From assembly GCF_009914755.1 (NCBI RefSeq), contig NC_060944.1: a stretch of DNA of 64,000 nt, one strand, 5' to 3'. Shown here in pieces: positions 56,900 to 64,000 of this stretch (its first letter is position 1; every line of letters begins with the position of its first letter). Both the position numbers and the translations under genes were made by a program. The notes beneath the pieces are model-generated. The model did no database searches. It was given only the letters and a program-made list of their open reading frames with translations, and was not told where the DNA came from. The stretch is from the human T2T-CHM13v2.0 reference genome, Homo sapiens.

Positions 56900-57135
56900 G
56901 ACAATAGAGGTTAAGATCTTGGTATCAGGGTTTATAGATCTAAGTGCATGTTCTTCCCCTGCTAGATCTTGAAGACTCGGCTTCCTCATCTGAAAACAAA
57001 GAACATATTGGTATCCATCTCACAAGGTTGTTAAAAGGGCTTTGTGAGGTAATAGAGGTGGAGGTAAGATGCTTAGCACAGTACCTAGTAGAGAGTAAGT
57101 GCCCATAAAGTGCTGATCATTATTGCTATTATTAT
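56900..57135. mobile_element. MIR
   Basis: CTCGGCTTCCTCATCTGAAAA...GCTTAGCACAGTACCT. Confidence 0.65.
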
Positions 57136-57161
57136 ATTTATACCCTTATATACACTGTTTT

Positions 57162-57511
57162 GGAAGGGGAATTTTTAAATTACTTTTATGTACAGAAAAC
57201 TCAACAGTGTACATTTAATTCAGCTTAGTGGCAAATCTGTACCCTTTGCCATTTCCAGCTTGGCAATGTGAGCCATGGATTTTGGGCCTGGGACATTGCT
57301 TCCCCCGTGATGATGGATCTCATCATATTTGTTGTTGTAATTGGTCTTGGTAGCTTCCACCAGCTTAGCCAAAACTCCTTTGTCTTCTAAGTTAACCTGC
57401 ATGAAGGTGACAAAGGCGCAGGTCATCTTGTGGATCAGACGTCCCATTCTTGCCTTCCTTTTGTTAATGCCGTAAGGGACCCTTGTCTTTCAACACAAGG
57501 CAGGTGGGAAG
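57162..57511 (-). pseudogene. RPL7A (eL8) processed pseudogene, 3' fragment
   Basis: Translates [88 protein letters not shown], matching the RPL7A C-terminus ([27 protein letters not shown]...); in-frame TGA, frameshift near the end, RPL7A-type 3'UTR TAAATGTACACTGTTGAGTTTTCTGTACATAAA, no introns. Confidence 0.95.
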
Positions 57512-58664
57512 TGTTTTATATACTCTGAATAATAATAAACCTTTACTCCTTCTAAGGGTTAACCTCTTAAGTACTCAGTTTCTCTATCTAAAATAAAAAG
57601 AGGGAATTTGGTCAGTGATGTTTAAGTTTGGCTCAAGGAAGTAAAGAGACTTAGTGGCAATATCTCTTTTTCCCCTTTCCCAGATATTTCTTCCCAGGGG
57701 CGATGGGAGAGCGGGAGCCAGTGAGTGAAGATAGGAATCTCCAGCTCCAATTCAGATAAATCAACTCAGCTTTTATCTGTTTTACTTTTGCTTTGAGTCA
57801 GGCTTTAAAAAAAAAAAACCTTAAAAAATTATTGAAGTAAAAGATTCATTCCAACAAAACATTTGACAATTTAAGATAGTTTCAACATCTGTAAGCTGAA
57901 ATAAATATCTGAAGCATTTGAATAAGGCATAAAATATTCAAGACATCTTTTTCCATGGAAGTTTAACAGGTTTTCATGTGACACAGAATAAATCCAGACG
58001 CAGAAAGATCTCATTACAATTGAGTCTGGAAGAGGTGTTCTTTGGATTTTCCCAGTCTTGGCCAAAATCTTGAGTCTTATATTCATTCAGGAACCACCTC
58101 ATTCATCTATCTATGTATAAACACACATGCAATGGTTCCTCAACACATGGATTTGTTGTCTGGGGTGAGAAATCTGTGCCTTGCATTAGGCAAACTTTCG
58201 TATCAATAAACAGAAAGTCCTACATTGGGTCTTGACACACATCTACAGTCTTTAACCGGGGGCGGTCAGAGATGTGCTCTGGGGCTGAGCTGGATTTCTT
58301 GAGCCTTTTCCATGATGCTCTGGTCTCACAGTTTGTGTGTCCTGGAAGCCATTTGTGTTGCTTATTTTCCATATTGGGGTTGTGCCTGTAGCTCCAGGAA
58401 GGACTAACTGCAGAGGCTGGCTACTCTGTCTCTTTGGAGGGACAACTGTTCTGCTTGATGGGCTGCATCTTCTCCATGTGCAATGTTCTAAAGAGCCCCT
58501 TCTCGGAACAGTCCCCTCTGCCTGAAAACTGAATGGAAAAAGAACCATACATTCATACAGAACCTGACACCACCCAGGCAGCTACATTAAATACCTTCCT
58601 AGCAATGTTTGCTTAGAGTGTCTTTGTCGTGGCCTAATGCATCATGTCTGCGGGTGGCCTGCCC

Positions 58665-59122
58665 TTCATAGGTGCAGGACTGGGGCAAGAATACAAATGG
58701 AGGCCATCAGCTTATGGTCTACCCCCTTCTCTTCTTAGCCCTGACTCCATCTTTGTGCATGTACACATGGACACTTCAGCCTACAAGTTCAAGCCCCATC
58801 CATATTATGCGCAAAAAGTCACCCTGTGGCCTCTCTTTGGGCCTAGGGGTGTGTAACTTAGCATGGTTACCCTTGAGAGGAAGGCTCAAGGAAAGAGGTC
58901 TGTGCAGACGTTGGAAATGGGTTCAGAGCTGTTTGGAGAAGAAATTACAGGGTCCCAAAGCCTGAATGAAGGCACGGGGTCTCTGGATGATCATGTCTCC
59001 TGAGCTCTGCACACCTCCACTTTCTGAGGAGGGATATCCCTGGAAAAGGGCCAGAACAGAGCCTTCTAAAGCACAAGGTCCAGGGCAAGGGATCCTCTTT
59101 GCTGGGCTCGAGGATGGTTCTG
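58665..59122. mobile_element. hAT-Tip100-type element (Arthur/FordPrefect/Zaphod-like)
   Basis: End CTGGAAAAGGGCCAGAACAGAGCCTTCTAAAGCACAAGGTCCAGGGCAAGGG...GGATGGTTCTG resembles a recalled consensus. Confidence 0.5.
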
Positions 59123-59237
59123 CATTCCAAAAATGAGATCATGTGTACCTATTTTCTGCTGTTTACCTAACTCATTCAATAACACCACAATGAAATCTTT
59201 GTTCTTTTTTATGTCTGTATAACCTGTCACGATATAT

Positions 59238-59776
59238 ATATGACAGTTAATTTTATGTGTAAACTTGACCGGGTCACAAGGATCTAGATATATGGTCTAA
59301 CATTTTTCTGGGTTTGTCTGTGAGGGTGTTTCTGGATGAGATTAGCATTTGAATCAGTAATCTCAGTAAAGCAGATGGCTCTCTCCAGTGTGAGTAGGCT
59401 TCATCCAACCTGTTGGAGGCCTGAATAGGACAAGAAGGAGAAGTAAGAGAGAATTTGCTCTCTCTGCCTGTCTTCAAGCTGGGACATGGATCTTCTCTTG
59501 CCCTTTGACTGGGACTTACACCCTCAGCTCTGCTGATCCTAGGCCTTTATATTTGGACTGGAACTTATCTTCTCGCTTCTCCTGGTTCTCGGGCCTTCAG
59601 ACTCAGATTGGAGCTGCAGGACTGTCTTTCCTGGGTCTTCAGCTTGCAGACAGCAGATCATGGGACTTCTTAGCCTCCATAATTACTTGAGCCAATTCAT
59701 TATAGTCTATCTCTCTCTCTCTCTCTCTTTCTCTATCCTATTGGTTCTGTTTCTCTGGAGAACCCTGTCTAATACA
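59238..59776 (+). mobile_element. MLT2B-like ERVL LTR
   Basis: GTTAATTTTATGTGTAAACTTGAC...GTCTGTGAGGGTGTTTCTGGATGAGATTAGCATTTGAATCAGT...TTCTCTGGAGAACCCTGTCTAATACA. Confidence 0.9.
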
Positions 59777-59964
59777 GTATAGGTGTACCATAATTTAGCC
59801 AGCCATTTCTCTTAATAAATATTGACTTTGTGTCCAAGTTGTAGCTATGAAAAATGCTACTATAAATATGTCTGCACATATCATGATGTTATTTCCATAG
59901 GAAACATTTCCAGGAAAGCAACTGCTACACCAAAAATATATAATTTAAACTCTAATGGATGCTG

Positions 59965-60170
59965 CCAAATGGTCAACAAACATGTGAAAAGATACCAAAT
60001 ACACCAAATCCTCAGGGAGATGCAAATTCAGCTAACAACAAGACATTACACCTATCAGATGGAAAATTGTAAGGAAGAGCTATAACATCAATATCACTCT
60101 GGGGAAAAGTATAGTCTCATGCATGGCTGGTGGAAATATGAAGTGCCCAGTCTTCCTGGAAGGCAGTTTA
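59965..60170 (+). mobile_element. Old L1 ORF2-end fragment
   Basis: CAAATGGTCAACAAACATGTGAAAAGAT...CAGGGAGATGCAAATT. Confidence 0.6.
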
Positions 60171-62022
60171 GAGCTTATTTATAGGGTCACAAAAATAAAA
60201 CAGAAGTTCCTCTTCTTTTCATATTTCTTTCCGTTTCTGTCAAACTAATACATACATGATGACACTATGAACTCACTCCCTCTTAGATTATTCCCTCCAC
60301 GCACAGGGAGGAGATCAGGAAGGCTGAAGAATTATGGGCCTTGTATGCTTTCAGCAAATCTCGGGGACTCTTAGAACCTTGTCTCCTGGCTGTGGCTGAA
60401 GCTGCCTATCTTGGACACAGCATGCTGAAGTGGAAGTGAGGGGCTGTTCAGGAATGAATGGAGACCCACCAGTAAGCACTGTGGAAAGCCCCCTTTACTT
60501 GGTTTAGCGAGTTTTCTGTTCAGAGACCCCCAAATAGGCTGTCTCTAAAGTCTCTATCTGGAAATGCAGAAACCCATGATTCTTTTCCTGAGGACTTTCC
60601 CCAGCTAAGAAATTTCTAGCCATAATGTAATGAAGACCTGTGTTTTCCTCTGGGTCAAACAGGCTGCTGGGAGCCTTGGCACCCCACCTCCTGGAAACAC
60701 TATTGATTTTCAGCATGGTTGATAAAACAGAGAGATAAAAGGCCCAATTTCTCTTTTTATGATGGATATGACCAATTAGCTATAAATGTCAAGTATCCAC
60801 AACTTAATTAATTCCAGTTCATTTAACTACTGTAATTAGATTTTTTCCCCAAACAAAGCAACAGTATGTTTTCGAAGGTCATAGACTAATACTATAGTGA
60901 ACAAGGCTGAAAGACCTGCACTTTGGATGGAAAGTAACTGATGGCTGGCTAGTGCCTGTGGGGAAATAGACCACACAATATCAAAAATAATTGGCAGGCT
61001 GATTAATAGAGTTTGTTCGAAATATATACATAATACATCTTTGATTAATAGCATCAATGAGCATTTGAACTTAAACCTTTAAAATTTTTAGACATTTTTT
61101 AATTTAATGGAAAGACTAGAAAAAAAATCTGACTGGAGTTTGAGTCAGATGGTCCAACGAGAAACCAGAATCCCAATTAGAGAGGAACGTCTCTTTTGCT
61201 TGAGAAAAGCAACTTAAACAGTCATATTCTATTGTATAAACCAAGTTCTCCAGGGGATAATATGGGTAGGAAGAGATTTAATCCAGGAAGGGTTAACTGT
61301 TTGCCTTAAAAAGTCAAAAGCTTCAGAAAGTTTGAAGAGTTTGGTAGTGGGTGCTGGGGTTGGGAGAGGTGTTTGGTGGGTATTTGAAGGTAAGAGAAAG
61401 GGAGACCCAAGCTATGTGGATGGTGGCAGCAAGAATCTGCAGAAGGTGAGAGGACTTCCCCAAGGAGTGAGGGTGTCAAATAACTTCCATATGAAGATGT
61501 CTAATAACTTACACGTGGAGACGTCTGTTACTTAATTTTGTTTTCTGTGCTTCCTTCTGCCACCATTTCCCCAAGAGTCCAGTTAAAGTCTTCCAAATGG
61601 AACTGGCTTGTGACAGTGGTGCTTAGAGGACAGGAAGAAGCAGGCTTGCACTGAAGTATCCAGCCTGGACTGAAGTTGTGTGGCAGGAAGATGGCTGCTG
61701 TGGGCGCCAGGAGGAGCTGGGTGGAGTAGCAAGAGTGGAGAAGAAAAAGCACACGGAAGAGGGGAGCACTCCAGTAAAAAGAACGGCTCTCCAGCACCTT
61801 TTAAAGGGAACTGGTCAGGATCTGGATCTCTGTTAGTGCATAGAATGGGGCACGGGGCACAGGATTTTTTCATATCTTTTTAAATTGACTCATTCCCTTT
61901 CATTTACCAGTTTTCAAAATGATGCATTAGTTCACTTCCATCCTCCAATGGAGTCCCAGGAATTATTATAAACTCATGTATTAGTTAATTCTTTTTCAAT
62001 TATTATGAATGCATATATTTAA

Positions 62023-62334
<312 letters not shown>

Positions 62335-62364
62335 CACTTGTTACATTTCAACCTTTTGCAGTTA

Positions 62365-62368
<4 letters not shown>

Positions 62369-62395
<27 letters not shown>

Positions 62396-62540
62396 GAGAC
62401 AAGGTCTCTATCACACAGGCTGTAGTGCAGTGGCACAATCAGGGCTCTCGGCAGCCTTAAACTCCCAGGCTCAATCCTCCTGCCTCAGCCTCCTGAGAAG
62501 CTGGGATTATAAGTGCATGCCACCATGCTTGGCTAGTTAT
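62369..62540 (-). mobile_element. Alu right arm (J/FRAM-like)
   Basis: Long poly-T plus single arm. Confidence 0.88.
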
Positions 62541-63773
62541 CTTTAATAGTGCTCAGATTGTCCTATCTATGGCCTAAAGGAGCCTCTTCAAGTTTCACAA
62601 GCCATCTTTTATTAATAATACATAGAAAAAGGGTAACTGTAAAAGCCCAGAAGTCTCAAGGATATTGAGGCAGCAGACACTTTGGTTGTCTTATTTTTCT
62701 GTAAACTGAAATTCTGGCTATTTTTTACCAGCATCTCCCTTCAACTCTCTTCTTTCAAAATTAGATCACTTGGACTTCATTCAAACATCTTATCAATTCA
62801 AAGGAAATCTATGACTCAGTTTTCTTTATGTGTATTTATTAAGTGCCTACCATGCTCCCAGGCTGTGCTGGGCAATGCTCCCTTCTCTGGGGATTTCGAC
62901 TTTCATTTACTGATGTTGTGTTGTTTGTGCAGGCAGTCACAGCAGTGACATTCTCCACATGTAGATCGGAACATCCAAATGAGAGCTGATACATCAGATT
63001 AAATTGGGTGAGGCATCAACAGTAAAAGCCATGGGAAAGGTAATCAGTCTTCAATAGTTTGGGTAAAGCTTTCTTCCTGAAATGGCTTGCTGTGATTGAT
63101 TTATAACGGAACTTCATTCTTGCTGGGAGTTTCCAAGCATGGGTAATTGGGTTCATGGCCCATGACCAGAGTGGACAAATGGAGATGCCACTGTTGATGG
63201 CATTGCTGGCCATGGTATAACTGTGATTTAAGTGGTAACAGCTGAGTAGAATTTCTTCTCCTTAACTACCCTAGCTTTTTATAAATGTGGCCACCTGAGC
63301 TGCATTCTGAGCTCTCAAGATGAGTCACGTTTTGGAGTTCCAGAAAGCTTTTCTCCAAACTCTTCTTGGATTTTCAGGAAGTATATCTGTCTGCCGTGGT
63401 ACCCACTTTCTCCTATGATCAGAGGCCATGATGTCTTTCTGAGGCAGATTAGAAGAATCAATTCAAAGCTGTTGGAGCACATGAGGTCTTTAGTGAAGAC
63501 AATGACTTCCTACCCTAATTTTCTTTTATTTCTGTGACCTGTTCAGTGTCCACCACAATGGCCCTGAGTGGAGATGAGAGACTGTTTGAAACATTCTCTC
63601 TCATCATTGATATAGAAAGTATAGAGTCAGACTAGTTTGAATATTGGCTCTAGCACTTGTTAATTGCATAAACTGGGACATTGTCTTATGTTGGGCTCTT
63701 TCTAAAGTAGACTCGGAGAAAAAGTTTTGAAGGCAAGTCATTTACTTGGGAAGTGATTCTAAGAAACACTGGT

Positions 63774-64000
<227 letters not shown>

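Overview
Repeat-dense primate (almost certainly human) intergenic or deep-intronic DNA. I find no intact protein-coding gene. The supplied ORFs are Alu-, L1- or LTR-derived or are unrecognised short ORFs. Recognisable content: about 37 Alu elements or fragments (28 minus, 9 plus by my count), a 5'-truncated L1PA with an internal ORF2 deletion, many MaLR/ERVL/ERV1 solo LTRs, hAT/TcMar DNA transposon relics, MIR/L2/old L1 fragments and microsatellites. There are also two retrocopies of cellular RNAs: a 3' fragment of RPL7A (57162-57511, minus) and a full-length Y3 RNA copy (43748-43848, minus) joined through its A-tail to an Alu. The most unusual observations are structural: a 158-bp dispersed local duplication with no TSD or tail, a ~40-nt A-tailed insert that looks like a retroposed LTR-derived short RNA, a mosaic Alu sharing a private linker variant with another Alu 30 kb away, and perfect 34-bp and 25-bp tandem duplications. 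Several repeat-free, motif-dense blocks may be enhancers. I cannot support a claim of a new biological system. Repeat subfamily names come from recalled consensus sequences and need Dfam/RepeatMasker confirmation.
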